A stretch of 64,000 bases of DNA, from assembly GCA_017445995.1 (NCBI GenBank), contig JAFSRT010000013.1, positions 545 to 64,544 on the forward strand, given 5' to 3'. Positions 1-8,797 of this stretch are shown in pieces; the first letter of the stretch is position 1; every line of letters starts with the position of its first letter. A program made the position numbers and the translations under genes. The DNA comes from Clostridia bacterium (GTDB taxonomy: Bacteria > Bacillota > Clostridia > Christensenellales > Borkfalkiaceae). The notes under the pieces were generated by a model, which saw nothing but the letters and a program-made list of their open reading frames with translations, was not told the DNA's origin and did not search any database.

Positions 1-3000
1 ACAACTGTTACCATCCCCGCTACCTGCTTGCACGTTGGCGATTATGTTTTTAACGGCTGCACGAATATTACAACGACAACTATTGCGGAAGGCGTTAGAT
101 ACGTTGGTAATTACGCATTCTTTAATTGCTCCAATTTGCAAGAGATCGTCATCCCCGATTCCTGTGAGTTTTTAGGGCAAGGTGCATTTTACAACTGTTC
201 CAAAATGCAATCTGCAACAATCGGTATCACAGCTCCTGCTATCAATGATTATACCTTTATGAATTGTTCTTCCATGGAAACTATTGTTATCGGATTAAGC
301 GTTACTACTATTGGAGATTATGCCTTTAAGAATTGTTCGTCAATTACGAGAATTACAACAAGAAACGGCGTTGTGTCAATCGGAGACGGTGCGTTTATGA
401 ACTGTACCGGTATTACAAGGGTAACGCTTGCCGCAAGTATTACCGACATCGGTTCGCATGCTTTTTACGGTTGTTCTTCACTTTCAAGTGTTACGGTTCC
501 AAGATTGGTTACGATTATTCGTGAATCGACATTTGAGGGCTGCGTTGTTTTAGCAACAGCATCATATAACGGAACGGTGGAAACGATTGAAGACCGCGCC
601 TTCTTTGGAACGGCGATCAGTGCATTCAATTATAAAGAAGGGTTGTCAAAACTAGGATCTGCTTCTTTTGCCGATACTTCTTTAACGAATGTGACATTGC
701 CTGACTCTCTAACTATCATTGGACAACATGTATTTGACCATTGTCAATTACAAACAGTATCTATGCCGAGTTGCGTAAAACTGGACGTAAACTGCATTAA
801 AATATTTAAAAACAACGGCGCAGATATGATAATTACTGTAAGGTTTGTAAACGATCCGATTTTAGACGATTACTTGCTTTATATGTCCGGAGCAAAACAG
901 GTTTTACTTGGTGAAGGCATTACGACAATCGGCGATTATACGTTTGCAAAAAACACTTTTAATGCTATTGAATTGCCTAATTCCCTTACGGATATTGGAA
1001 GTTACGCATTTTATCTTTGTGAACACATATCAACTCTTCGTGTGCCGCAAAACGTTGTTACAATAGGTGAATACGCCTTTGCAAAAGATTTTAATTTGAC
1101 GGATATATATATGCCTGATTCCTTGCAATCAATCGGGCAATATGCTCTTTGGAAAGTTGAAGACGAAGATGTACACAAGTTTTTGACGCTCAATATTTAT
1201 TATAATTTGGGTACGATATGTGATTCATTGTTTATTACACAGCATATGCAATACGTTATTGTTGATAATTCAGTAATAACTATTTGCAACTCTGTTTTTG
1301 CAAACTGCCCGAATTTAAGGACGGTTTTTGTAGGCAATTCTGTTCATACGATAGGCAATAATAATTTTGCAAACTGCCCGAAACTTGAAACAGTTTCCGT
1401 ATCCGACGTTGTACATTCCTTTGGACAAAACAACTTTTTAAACGATAATTCGGTTACTTTAATAATACGAAACGTTGACAAAGTGATAGATGATAACGTT
1501 TATTACGATAATCTTTTATTTGTAACGACCGTCATTATTGAAAATGGGATTACTACTATCGGACAGTATGCGTTCTATAATGATACGTCGGTTTTAGTGA
1601 TGTCCGTTCCTAATTCGGTAAACTATATCGGTGCATATGCTTTCTACAACTGCAATAGCATTAAAGAAATAAATATACCAAATGGTGTTGAGGGTATTTA
1701 TTCGCACACATTCTTTGGCTGTGCATCTTTGGAAAGCATAGTTACACCAAACACAGTAAAACTTATTGAAGATTATGCTTTCTATGGATGTGTTGAGGTA
1801 AAGACTTTAACGATTTCAAATACTTGTGAAAGTATTGATTCGAATGCATTCTATAACTGTAAATCCGTTGAAGAATTGATTATTCCTGATTCTGTTAAGT
1901 ATATCGGTACATACGCTTTCCGTTCGTGCGTGGAGATCACCGAACTTGATTTCAGCGACAATGTCGAAGAAGTTGGCGCCTGTGCTTTTTACGATTGCAA
2001 TGCACTTGAAACCGTAAAACTTGGCAGGAAGATTATCGAGTTAAAAGATAGACTTTTCTATGGTTGTGTTAATCTCACAAGTCTTTATGTGTATGCGCCG
2101 CTTTCCTATATTGATGAATTGGCATTCTACGGGGCAGAGGACGTTACCGTTTACTGCGGAAGAGACGATTATATGATCGATTTCTTCGATGAAAACAGTA
2201 TTGAATACTTGTTTATTGACGGGCTTGTTTATCAGTATAAAGTGTCTTTTGTTACTGATAACGGAGAAATCATTTCGTCGGCGGTATATGAATATGGGGC
2301 GACTGTCATTATCCCTGAAAACCCGACGAAAGCAGCAGATAATACATACACGTATTCATTTAAGGCGTGGGATAAACCTGTTACAACGGTTGGAGGAAAT
2401 GCCGAATATGTTGCATCGTTTGACGCGATTTACATCGACTATGCCGTGGTTTTCAAGAACTACGACGGCACCGTATTGAGTTCAACGACTTATCATTACG
2501 GTGACACGGTCAACATTCCTGCAACGCCTTTAAAGCCGTCAGACAATATTTATACATATGCTTTCAAGTCGTGGGATAAAGAAATTGTAAATTGTTCGGG
2601 CAACGCTACATATACGGCTACTTATGACTCAAATTATATTGACTATACAGTAACATTTAAGAATTATGACGGAACAGTGTTAAGCACGGCAAATTATCAT
2701 TATGGCGATGCTGTAATAGAACCTGAAATACCGTCTAAACCTGCGGATAAAACTTACACTTATGCGTTCAAATCTTGGGATAAAGAAGTGGTAAATTGTA
2801 TTGCCGATGCTATTTATACAGCGACATATAATTCGACATATATTGATTATACGGTTGTTTTCAAAAATTACGATAATACTGTATTAAGTTCAGAAACATA
2901 TCATTGCGGAGAAAGTGTTGTTGTTCCAGAAACGCCGACTAAACCTGCGGATAATACTTACACCTATGCGTTCAAATCTTGGGATAAAGAAGTGGTCAAC

Positions 3001-5247
3001 TGTGTGGGCGATGCTACCTATACGGCTACTTTTAATGAAACTTACATTGAATATACGGTAACGTTTAAGAATTATGATGGAACGGTCTTAAGTTCAGAAA
3101 CGTATCACTATGGCGCAAATGTTATTGTTCCGTCAACACCAACAAAACCGTCAGATAATACTTATTCTTATTCGTTTAACGGTTGGGATAAAACGGTTGT
3201 AAATTGTGTTGGCGACGCGATTTATACAGCGACATATAGTCCTAATTTTATAGATTACGTAGTTACGTTCAAAAAATATAACGGAGATATTATTAGCGAA
3301 AACACTTATCATTATGGTAGTATAGTTAATGTTCCGAGTGATCCTACAATGCCCGCTAACGAAGTTGGAACTTTCGTTTTTATAGGGTGGGATAAGGAGA
3401 TTACCGCTTGTGATGGTAATAAGATTTACACGGCGAATTACGACATTGAATATATAGATTATACTGTAATATTTAAGAATTATGATAATACCGTATTAAG
3501 CACAAAAACATATCATTACGGAGATAGCATTGTTGTCCCTGCAACGCCGACTAAAACTGCGGATAATACTTACACCTATTCGTTCAAATCTTGGGACAAA
3601 GAAGTTGTCAACTGTGTTGGTAATGCTACATATACGGCGACTTATGACTCAAATTATATTGACTATACTGTAACGTTCAAAAACTACGACGGAACAGTAT
3701 TGAGTTCAACGACCTACCATTACGGAGATGCCGTCAATACATCTGCTACGCCGACGAAGTCAGCAGACAACACTTATACATATACTTTCAAGTCGTGGGA
3801 TAAAGAAGTTGTAAATGTTGTCGGTGATGCGATTTATACGGCAACATACGACGCAACATATATAGATTATACTATTGTCTTCAAAAACTACGACGGGACG
3901 GTATTGAGTTCGACAACTTACCATTATGGTGATGATGTAATAGAACCTGCAACGCCTTCTAAACCTGCTGACAATACTTATACTTACTCGTTCAAATCTT
4001 GGGATAAGGAAATTGTAAATTGTATTGCCGATGCTACATATACGGCAACGTATAATTCAACATATATTGATTATACGGTAATTTTCAAGAATTATGATAA
4101 TACCGTATTAAGTACGAAGACGTACCATTACGGAGAAAGCGTCATTGTTCCAGAAACGCCGAGTAAACCTACAGATAATACTTATACTTATGGTTTTATT
4201 GGTTGGGATAGCGAAGTCGTGGCTTGCAACGGAAATAAAACTTATATTGCACAATTTACGCCGACGAATATAGAATATACCGTCATATTTAAAAACTATA
4301 ATGATGTTATATTAAGTTCAACCAAATATCATTATGGAGACAGTATTGTTATTCCTGCAACGCCTTCTAAACCTGCTGACAATACTTATACTTACTCGTT
4401 CAAATCTTGGGATAAAGAAGTGGTCAACTGTGTGGGCGATGCTCTCTATACGGCTACCTTTAATGAAACATACATTGAATATACGGTTACTTTTTTAAAT
4501 TGGGATAGCAGTGAAATTCAGAAAGTTAGTTATCATTATGGCGAAACGATTATTTCAATACCTAATCCTGAAAGAGAGAACGACGAAACTTATACATACG
4601 AGTTTACTTCTTGGAATAAGCCGCTTGGTGTTTGTTCGGGTAATACGAAATTTACAGCACAATATGAGGCAACGTATATCAATTATACCATTATTTTCAA
4701 GGATCAAAATGATGTTATTTTAAGTAGGAAAAATGATTATCATTATGGAGATAATGTAATAAAGCCTAATAACCCTGAAAAAGAATCGAATAATGTATAT
4801 ACATATAAATTTAATGGATGGAAAGATTTTTCTTCTGTATGTATTGGGAATGCAACGTATGTTCCTGAATTTAATGAAGAGTATATTCACTATTCAGTTA
4901 TATTTAAAGACTATAACGGAACAGTTTTAAGCGAAAATACTTATCATTACGGAGATACTATCGTCGTGCCAAGCAATCCGACAAGAAGTTCAGACACACA
5001 ATATTCATATACTTTTAATGGTTGGGATAAAGAGATTTCTGAAACCTGTATCGGAGATGCAGAATATACGGCAACTTATACTCAAAGCAAAGAGGAAAAT
5101 GTTGTTCCATCGCAAAATGGCGGTTCTGGGTGTTCAGGGAATGTTTCTGCGGGAGATTCTGCCGGAAATATCATAATGTCCGCTGGTACACTTTCGATAT
5201 TTTTTGCAATAATCATTATAAGAAAAAAGAAAATATATAATACATAG
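1..5247 (+). CDS. Giant cell-surface protein, 5'-truncated by the window edge. It has N-terminal BspA-type leucine-rich repeats, 14 tandem ~68-aa Listeria-Bacteroides (Flg_new-like) repeats and a C-terminal hydrophobic anchor.
   Basis: Frame 1 is open from nt 1 (TTVTIPATC precedes the TTG at 28). LRR units of the form IGDYAF-x-NC...I-x-IP recur to about aa 730. Then come 14 units of YTVxFKNYDGTVLS..YHYGD..P..P.KP.D.TYTY.FK.WDKE..NC.G.A.YTA.Y. The protein ends LSIFFAIIIIRKKKIYNT, stop at 5245-5247. No LPXTG motif seen. Confidence 0.85.
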   Translation, partial: TTVTIPATCLHVGDYVFNGCTNITTTTIAEGVRYVGNYAFFNCSNLQEIVIPDSCEFLGQGAFYNCSKMQSATIGITAPAINDYTFMNCSSMETIVIGLSVTTIGDYAFKNCSSITRITTRNGVVSIGDGAFMNCTGITRVTLAASITDIGSHAFYGCSSLSSVTVPRLVTIIRESTFEGCVVLATASYNGTVETIEDRAFFGTAISAFNYKEGLSKLGSASFADTSLTNVTLPDSLTIIGQHVFDHCQLQTVSMPSCVKLDVNCIKIFKNNGADMIITVRFVNDPILDDYLLYMSGAKQVLLGEGITTIGDYTFAKNTFNAIELPNSLTDIGSYAFYLCEHISTLRVPQNVVTIGEYAFAKDFNLTDIYMPDSLQSIGQYALWKVEDEDVHKFLTLNIYYNLGTICDSLFITQHMQYVIVDNSVITICNSVFANCPNLRTVFVGNSVHTIGNNNFANCPKLETVSVSDVVHSFGQNNFLNDNSVTLIIRNVDKVIDDNVYYDNLLFVTTVIIENGITTIGQYAFYNDTSVLVMSVPNSVNYIGAYAFYNCNSIKEINIPNGVEGIYSHTFFGCASLESIVTPNTVKLIEDYAFYGCVEVKTLTISNTCESIDSNAFYNCKSVEELIIPDSVKYIGTYAFRSCVEITELDFSDNVEEVGACAFYDCNALETVKLGRKIIELKDRLFYGCVNLTSLYVYAPLSYIDELAFYGAEDVTVYCGRDDYMIDFFDENSIEYLFIDGLVYQYKVSFVTDNGEIISSAVYEYGATVIIPENPTKAADNTYTYSFKAWDKPVTTVGGNAEYVASFDAIYIDYAVVFKNYDGTVLSSTTYHYGDTVNIPATPLKPSDNIYTYAFKSWDKEIVNCSGNATYTATYDSNYIDYTVTFKNYDGTVLSTANYHYGDAVIEPEIPSKPADKTYTYAFKSWDKEVVNCIADAIYTATYNSTYIDYTVVFKNYDNTVLSSETYHCGESVVVPETPTKPADNTYTYAFKSWDKEVVNCVGDATYTATFNETYIEYTVTFKNYDGTVLSSETYHYGANVIVPSTPTKPSDNTYSYSFNGWDKTVVNCVGDAIYTATYSPNFIDYVVTFKKYNGDIISENTYHYGSIVNVPSDPTMPANEVGTFVFIGWDKEITACDGNKIYTANYDIEYIDYTVIFKNYDNTVLSTKTYHYGDSIVVPATPTKTADNTYTYSFKSWDKEVVNCVGNATYTATYDSNYIDYTVTFKNYDGTVLSSTTYHYGDAVNTSATPTKSADNTYTYTFKSWDKEVVNVVGDAIYTATYDATYIDYTIVFKNYDGTVLSSTTYHYGDDVIEPATPSKPADNTYTYSFKSWDKEIVNCIADATYTATYNSTYIDYTVIFKNYDNTVLSTKTYHYGESVIVPETPSKPTDNTYTYGFIGWDSEVVACNGNKTYIAQFTPTNIEYTVIFKNYNDVILSSTKYHYGDSIVIPATPSKPADNTYTYSFKSWDKEVVNCVGDALYTATFNETYIEYTVTFLNWDSSEIQKVSYHYGETIISIPNPERENDETYTYEFTSWNKPLGVCSGNTKFTAQYEATYINYTIIFKDQNDVILSRKNDYHYGDNVIKPNNPEKESNNVYTYKFNGWKDFSSVCIGNATYVPEFNEEYIHYSVIFKDYNGTVLSENTYHYGDTIVVPSNPTRSSDTQYSYTFNGWDKEISETCIGDAEYTATYTQSKEENVVPSQNGGSGCSGNVSAGDSAGNIIMSAGTLSIFFAIIIIRKKKIYNT
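2236..5085 (+). repeat. In-frame tandem coding repeat array, 14 copies of ~204 nt, inside the surface-protein gene
   Basis: The ~68-aa unit is visible 14 times in the translation. Some copies share identical DNA stretches, e.g. ttcaaatcttgggataaagaagtggtcaactgtgtgggcgatgct occurs at about 2971 and about 4398. Confidence 0.9.
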
Positions 5248-5270
5248 GGACATTTCATTTAACACTAAAA

Positions 5271-5301
5271 GAGGTTAGGTAAACATTATTTACCTAACCT
5301 C
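5271..5301. terminator. Bidirectional rho-independent terminator between convergent genes
   Basis: Perfect hairpin gaggttaggta / tacctaacctc with a 9-nt loop, flanked by an A-run upstream and a T-run downstream. Confidence 0.8.
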
Positions 5302-5303
5302 TT

Positions 5304-5948
5304 TTACTGAAATTGTCTATTGTTGTATCCTATTAAACTCAAATATTTCTTCTGTAATTTGTTTCGGCGGTCAAAGACGGTTGAAACCCCGCAGGATATC
5401 GTTCTCGCCGTTTCGGATAAAGATTTACCGCTTATTAAACAATCAAGCACTTTAAGTTCGCTTTCGTTAAGTTCGAGTTTCTCTATCGTTTCGTCAACTT
5501 TAAGCCACTCTTGTTCGGAATAATCGTAGTAATTATTTATACACATTTCGGATTTTCTGCATATATCTATGTCCTTGCAGTTATAAGTAAACAAATCCTG
5601 CCGTATTTGTTTGGATAGTATAAACATACAGCCCCCGAGTATCGTCATTTCTTTCAATACTCCGTATTTAGGTACTTGTGTTATATCGTTTAATCTTTTA
5701 CCCAAATGAGAGAATAAAAAGCAGTAAGCGTCCATAACGATATCGTAAGCGGAAGAAAAGATATAACGGTAATCTTTCTTACAGCGTATATCTCTGAATA
5801 AATTATCGTAAAGATTAAAATAGAAATCCGAACGGGAGAACCGCATAAAAGATTTAACGCTGTTAACGGTAAGATATTCGCTTAACTCTTTAACGTTGTC
5901 GATAGTGATGAGTTCATCACAGGCATAAGTTTTACATTTGAAATCCAT
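5304..5948 (-). CDS. Divergent HTH regulator with a C-terminal domain like sigma-70 region 4 or LuxR; the N-terminal part is unrecognised
   Basis: The ATG at 5948 has AAGGAG 9 nt upstream, so I prefer it to the track start at 6077. The C-terminus LNESELKVLDCLISGKSLSETARTISCGVSTVFDRRNKLQKKY resembles a region-4-type HTH. Confidence 0.55.
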   Translation of the reverse strand: MDFKCKTYACDELITIDNVKELSEYLTVNSVKSFMRFSRSDFYFNLYDNLFRDIRCKKDYRYIFSSAYDIVMDAYCFLFSHLGKRLNDITQVPKYGVLKEMTILGGCMFILSKQIRQDLFTYNCKDIDICRKSEMCINNYYDYSEQEWLKVDETIEKLELNESELKVLDCLISGKSLSETARTISCGVSTVFDRRNKLQKKYLSLIGYNNRQFQ

Positions 5949-6203
5949 TTTTATGATCTCCTTAAATTTTTTTGCCCGAAGGCTACAATGAAACGCGCCA
6001 TAGGGCGAAATGAATTTAAGAAGATGTATAGTTATGCTTGGGAGAATCAAGGGAGAAATAAAAAAGTTTTTAGGCAAAAATAAAAGACCTATCGAAAGAA
6101 TAAGCCTAAAAAGTTTTTTATCCTTGAAACTCCCGCTGCGCTATGGCAAAGTGAACAGCCGAACGGACAAAAAATTAAGGAATAATATGTTTTAAAAACA
6201 AAA

Positions 6204-6235
6204 ACCCAGTCAAACCGTAATAGGTTCAACTGGGT
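6204..6235 (-). terminator. Rho-independent terminator downstream of tRNA-Ser
   Basis: Hairpin acccagt..aacc / ggtt..actgggt, followed on the minus strand by TTTTTGTTTTT. Confidence 0.75.
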
Positions 6236-6241
6236 CGGATG

Positions 6242-6332
6242 TGGCGGAAAGGATGGGATTTGAACCCATGTGCCGAGAACTCGGCAACCGCATTTCGAGT
6301 GCGGCTCGTTATGACCACTTCGATACCTTTCC
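6242..6332 (-). tRNA. tRNA-Ser (anticodon CGA), class II with a long variable arm and encoded CCA
   Basis: The reverse complement folds as acceptor GGAAAGG/CCTTTCC, anticodon stem CCGCA/TGCGG with loop CTCGAAA, variable arm TTGCCGAGTTCTCGGCAC, T-arm ATGGG-TTCAAAT-CCCAT, then discriminator G and CCA. Confidence 0.93.
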
Positions 6333-6345
6333 GTTTGTCTATACC

Positions 6346-6374
6346 ATTATACACAAAAAGTTTGCGTTTGGCAA
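6346..6374 (-). promoter_or_regulatory. Sigma-A type promoter for tRNA-Ser
   Basis: Minus strand reads TTGCCA, a 17-nt spacer, then TATAAT, ending about 13 nt upstream of the tRNA 5' end. Confidence 0.6.
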
Positions 6375-6390
6375 TAAAAATCATTATTCG

Positions 6391-6419
6391 TTGACAAATT
6401 TTTTTATTCATTGTATAAT
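6391..6419 (+). promoter_or_regulatory. Consensus sigma-A promoter for lgt
   Basis: TTGACA (6391-6396), a 17-nt spacer, then TATAAT (6414-6419). The lgt ATG is at 6443 with an AGGTGG RBS. Confidence 0.7.
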
Positions 6420-6442
6420 TAAAATCAAGTTATAGGTGGTTT

Positions 6443-7312
6443 ATGCATTCTGAAGCGTTGTTTACAGTACTCGGAAGAGACGTTTATTTGTACGGAATAT
6501 TTATCGGGCTTGGTATTATCGCCTGTTTTATCGTGTTTTTACTTTATACTAATCACGAAAAAATCAACAGGGATTTACAGGACTTCGTATTTTTTACGGC
6601 AGTAATTTCTATTGCAGTCGGGTTTTTCTTTGCAAAACTCTATCAGGCAATTTATAATTTTATCGAAGACGGGCATTTTGATTTATGGAACTCCGGCATA
6701 ACCGTTATGGGCGGACTTATCGGCGGTGCGATTTCTTTTTTATCTATTTATTTCGGAATAGGACATCTCTATTTTAATAGAGATATTTATAAAAAGAAAA
6801 AAATAAACGGCAAAGCAATACACGTTGCACAGTTTAATATAATATTAAGGGTTGCACCGCTTTGTATTCTTATTGCGCACGGTTTCGGAAGGATAGGTTG
6901 TCTGATGGCGGGTTGTTGCCACGGTGAATATCTGGGCGTTGAACCGACGGCGGGCGGAATATTTATGCACCCGTTCTACGAAGCGTCGGGATACTACGTG
7001 CCGACACAATTATACGAAGCGTTGTTTTTATTCGTTCTTTTTGGGGTATTATCGTTATTGTTCTTTAAAAAATCGAATATAATAATGCATTTATACCTTA
7101 TATTCTACGGAATATGGCGAATAATAATTGAATTTTTCCGTGCGGACAGCAGGGGTGCAATAGTATTAGGGCTTGCACCTTCACAGTGGCAATCGTTCGT
7201 TTTTATTCTTTTGGGAATATGCTTAATTCTTTTCTATTATTTCAAAAAAATACCTTTTGTTTTAAGAGAAGAAAAGACGGAAGAAACCGACAAAACGATA
7301 GACAATATCTAA
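6443..7312 (+). CDS. lgt: Prolipoprotein diacylglyceryl transferase
   Basis: 289-aa polytopic membrane protein. The motif GFGRIGCLMAGCCHG matches the Lgt GRxGNFxNGE-type region, and a conserved YPTQLYE-like VPTQLYEALF is present. Confidence 0.8.
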   Translation: MHSEALFTVLGRDVYLYGIFIGLGIIACFIVFLLYTNHEKINRDLQDFVFFTAVISIAVGFFFAKLYQAIYNFIEDGHFDLWNSGITVMGGLIGGAISFLSIYFGIGHLYFNRDIYKKKKINGKAIHVAQFNIILRVAPLCILIAHGFGRIGCLMAGCCHGEYLGVEPTAGGIFMHPFYEASGYYVPTQLYEALFLFVLFGVLSLLFFKKSNIIMHLYLIFYGIWRIIIEFFRADSRGAIVLGLAPSQWQSFVFILLGICLILFYYFKKIPFVLREEKTEETDKTIDNI

Positions 7313-7322
7313 CGAAAGATAA

Positions 7323-7353
7323 AATCACTTAAAGTAATGTTAAGTGATTTTTT
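7323..7353 (+). terminator. Rho-independent terminator after lgt
   Basis: Hairpin aatcactta / taagtgatt followed by a T-run. Confidence 0.7.
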
Positions 7354-7384
7354 GCTGTAAATAGGGAATACTCTTTATATTAGT

Positions 7385-7413
7385 TTGACAAAAGTTTTTA
7401 AAATGGGTAAAAT
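7385..7413 (+). promoter_or_regulatory. Sigma-A type promoter ending 7 nt before the trkA ATG (possible leaderless mRNA)
   Basis: TTGACA (7385-7390), a 17-nt spacer, then TAAAAT (7408-7413). The ATG is at 7421 and there is no Shine-Dalgarno in between. Confidence 0.5.
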
Positions 7414-7420
7414 ATAAACT

Positions 7421-8773
7421 ATGAATACAATAATTTTGGGCGTCGGTAAAATCGGCGAAAAGTTAGTTGAAAGTTTTATTAAAGAAAACCACGACGTATG
7501 CGTGATAGATAGAATTGAAGACACAGTCAATAACGTTATAAATAAGTATGACGTTATGGGTTTTGTCGGGCTTGGATTTGACAGAAAAGTGTTGTCCGAA
7601 GCGGGCGTTAAAACTGCGGACTTTTTCGTTGCGTGTACCGATAGGGACGAAATGAATATCGTTTGTTGTGTTCTTGCAAAGAAAATGGGTGCAAAACATA
7701 CGATAGCGAGAATAAGAGACCCCGAATATTTCAAAGAAAAAGATACTTTAAGATACGACCTTGCGATAGATTACGTATTTAATCCGGAATATTATACGGC
7801 GACGGAAATTGCGGATATATTGAAGTTTCCGTCCGCAATCGGCATAGAATCTTTTGCGGAAGGCAAAGTTAATATGGTCAACTTCCATATCGAAGAAGAT
7901 AGCCCGATTATCGGAAAGCCGATTATGGACTTAATGCACGAATTAAAAAGCGAAGTTCTGATTGCCCTTGTCGAAAGGGACGGCAAAATGATTATTCCGA
8001 AAGGCGACTTTATTTTTAACGCCGACGACAGTATTTATATTATCGGCGACGAAAAGCAAGTCGTATCGTTCAGTAAAAAGATAAAGATATTTAAGCGCCC
8101 TTGTAAAGACGTTTTCATAATAGGCGGCGGAAAGATAGGGTACTATCTTGCAAGACAACTTGTTTCTTTCGGTATTTCGGTTAAAATACTCGAAAAGAAC
8201 AGGGAACGTTGCAAAGAACTTTCGACGCTTTTACACGGGGTTACCGTATTAGTCGGCGACGGCACGGAACAAGATATACTTTTAGAAGAAGACATAAAAG
8301 ATTTCGACGCTTGTGTTACGCTTACGGGTATGGACGAAGAGAACGTCGTTATTTCGCTTTTTGCGAAAAACTTAAAAGTCGATAAGGTTATAACCAAAAT
8401 CGATAGACCGTCCGTTAGCGGTATGGTTGATTCTTTGGGTTTAGATTCCGTTGTTTCTCCGAGAGAAGTTATAGCAAACCACGTTATAAGGTTTGTACGT
8501 GCTCATAAGAGTGATACTGTCGGCGAAGTCAACACTTTCTATAAGATTGAAAACAAGGTGGAAGTTTTAGAATTGAAAACTGATGCCGACGCAACATATA
8601 TCGGTGTTCCGCTAAAAGACTTAAAGATAAAATCGGGTGTTTTAATAGGCGGAGTTATCCGTGATGACGAGTATATTAAAACGGGCGGGGAAACCGTAAT
8701 CAATGAAAACGACAGAGTAATCGTTATTACTACGTCGAAGGGTATTACGGAATTGTCGCAAGTATTAAAATAA
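7421..8773 (+). CDS. trkA: Trk/Ktr potassium uptake system, NAD-binding subunit TrkA (two RCK modules)
   Basis: 450 aa. Two Rossmann GxGxxG motifs are present (ILGVGKIGEKL and IIGGGKIGYYLA), each followed by a TrkA_C-like segment. Confidence 0.9.
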   Translation: MNTIILGVGKIGEKLVESFIKENHDVCVIDRIEDTVNNVINKYDVMGFVGLGFDRKVLSEAGVKTADFFVACTDRDEMNIVCCVLAKKMGAKHTIARIRDPEYFKEKDTLRYDLAIDYVFNPEYYTATEIADILKFPSAIGIESFAEGKVNMVNFHIEEDSPIIGKPIMDLMHELKSEVLIALVERDGKMIIPKGDFIFNADDSIYIIGDEKQVVSFSKKIKIFKRPCKDVFIIGGGKIGYYLARQLVSFGISVKILEKNRERCKELSTLLHGVTVLVGDGTEQDILLEEDIKDFDACVTLTGMDEENVVISLFAKNLKVDKVITKIDRPSVSGMVDSLGLDSVVSPREVIANHVIRFVRAHKSDTVGEVNTFYKIENKVEVLELKTDADATYIGVPLKDLKIKSGVLIGGVIRDDEYIKTGGETVINENDRVIVITTSKGITELSQVLK

Positions 8774-8797
8774 AAGATATAAGGACAAAAATATTTA

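Noticed and set aside
2236-5085. Regular ~204-nt periodic repeats that could be mistaken for a CRISPR or satellite array
   Set aside because: The units are contiguous with no unique spacers. They are in frame inside one long ORF and encode a recognisable protein repeat. No cas genes are present.
5949-6077. Upstream N-terminal extensions in the ORF track (5304-6077, 26981-28105, 41651-42793, 46443, 48875-51190, 59995, 62866, 13860, 56883)
   Set aside because: In each case an internal ATG with a good Shine-Dalgarno aligns with the conserved family N-terminus. The upstream codons run through promoters or terminators or use weak TTG/GTG starts.
6010-6435. Track ORFs 6010-6195 (+), 6226-6411 (-) and 6241-6435 (+)
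   Set aside because: The latter two overlap the tRNA-Ser gene and its promoter and terminator. The first is a Lys/Arg-rich frame in an AT-rich leader without an RBS.
7313-7420. c-di-AMP (ydaO/kimA-type) riboswitch upstream of the K+ uptake genes
   Set aside because: The 108-nt spacer is fully accounted for by the lgt terminator and a promoter. There is no room or conserved ACGGGGA-type elements.
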